From: a virus
Lineage: Duplodnaviria > Caudoviricetes
DNA: 43,053 nt
IMG/VR virus record: IMGVR_UViG_3300043220_000040
Coordinates: 1-43,053 of that record
Strand: one strand, 5' to 3'
Part shown: positions 42,667-43,053 of the stretch, one piece after another
Layout: the number at the start of each line of letters is the position of its first letter
Position numbering within the stretch: position 1 is the stretch's first letter
Notes under the pieces: generated by a model
Seen by the model: only the letters and a program-made list of their open reading frames with translations
Databases searched by the model: none
What the model was told of the DNA's origin: nothing
Translations under genes and position numbers: made by a program

Positions 42667-42717
42667 CCTTGCCCACCAGCGCGGCGCGGGCTTTACCCCC
42701 GGCCCGTTCGTCAGCCA

Positions 42718-42930
42718 TTACGTTCCCCCAACACGCCAGCGGAGATATTGGTACTGATACCATTCCTGGCAGTCCCCACATGCGCAGGGATAAGAATGGC
42801 CTCGGCGCGGGCCAAGCCGGTCCGCCGCTTCAAGTGCCTCCCGAAGCCGAATGTTCTCGGCTGTGATCTGGGCGTGCTTGCGCTCCGCCGCTTCCAGCGC
42901 GGCGCTGGGGTCGAAGTCGGGCTTAGTCAT
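42718..42930 (-). CDS. Hypothetical protein (coiled coil plus Cys motif)
   Basis: ATG 42930 overlaps the Rpf-like stop across the seam; H..PCACGDC. Confidence 0.65.
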   Translation of the reverse strand: MTKPDFDPSAALEAAERKHAQITAENIRLREALEAADRLGPRRGHSYPCACGDCQEWYQYQYLRWRVGGT

Positions 42931-43053
42931 GGGACGTCTCCCTGCCACCAGCATGTGGCCCATCCGCCGGTGCCGCCTGGGTGCTCGATGGCGTTGCTCC
43001 ACCAGGCGACATTGGCGCCGACGTGATACGGGTTGGTTGGATCACCCAAGCCG
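42927..43053. repeat. 127-bp terminal overlap, copy 2
   Basis: Exact match to 1-127. Confidence 0.97.

Overview
Complete, circularly assembled tailed-phage genome of 42,926 bp (the 127-bp overlap at 1-127 = 42927-43053 is an assembly seam). It is GC-rich, has siphovirus architecture, and is coded almost entirely on the minus strand; the only clear plus-strand gene is an HNH endonuclease. In transcription order: (1) an early operon from a leaderless sigma70-type promoter at ~7.0 kb, with an RHH regulator, many small Zn-finger and membrane proteins, a Cas4-like nuclease, SWIM-RecT and an Rpf-like muralytic enzyme; it wraps through the seam to NDT-like, MT-A70, DUF5131, VRR-NUC, LuxR-HTH and replication-initiator genes; (2) packaging genes (TerS, ParB-MTase, TerL, portal, MuF-like); (3) head, neck and tail genes; (4) an elaborate appendage module; (5) lysis genes (holin-like, SpeD, GH25 endolysin). 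I recognised no integrase, CI repressor, tRNA, CRISPR array or spanin. A monoderm high-GC host (Chloroflexota or Actinomycetota) is an inference. The most notable signals are tiny two-ended peptide-tag adaptor proteins sharing terminal motifs with tail/appendage proteins; an unannotated Com-like Zn-ribbon gene followed by a GGCC-repeat leader whose last repeat occludes the head-operon RBS; a shared GGCC-N4-GGCC box at two promoters; non-canonical start codons; and an antisense HNH insertion into the VRR-NUC gene. All family calls come from motif recognition by eye, with no database searches.
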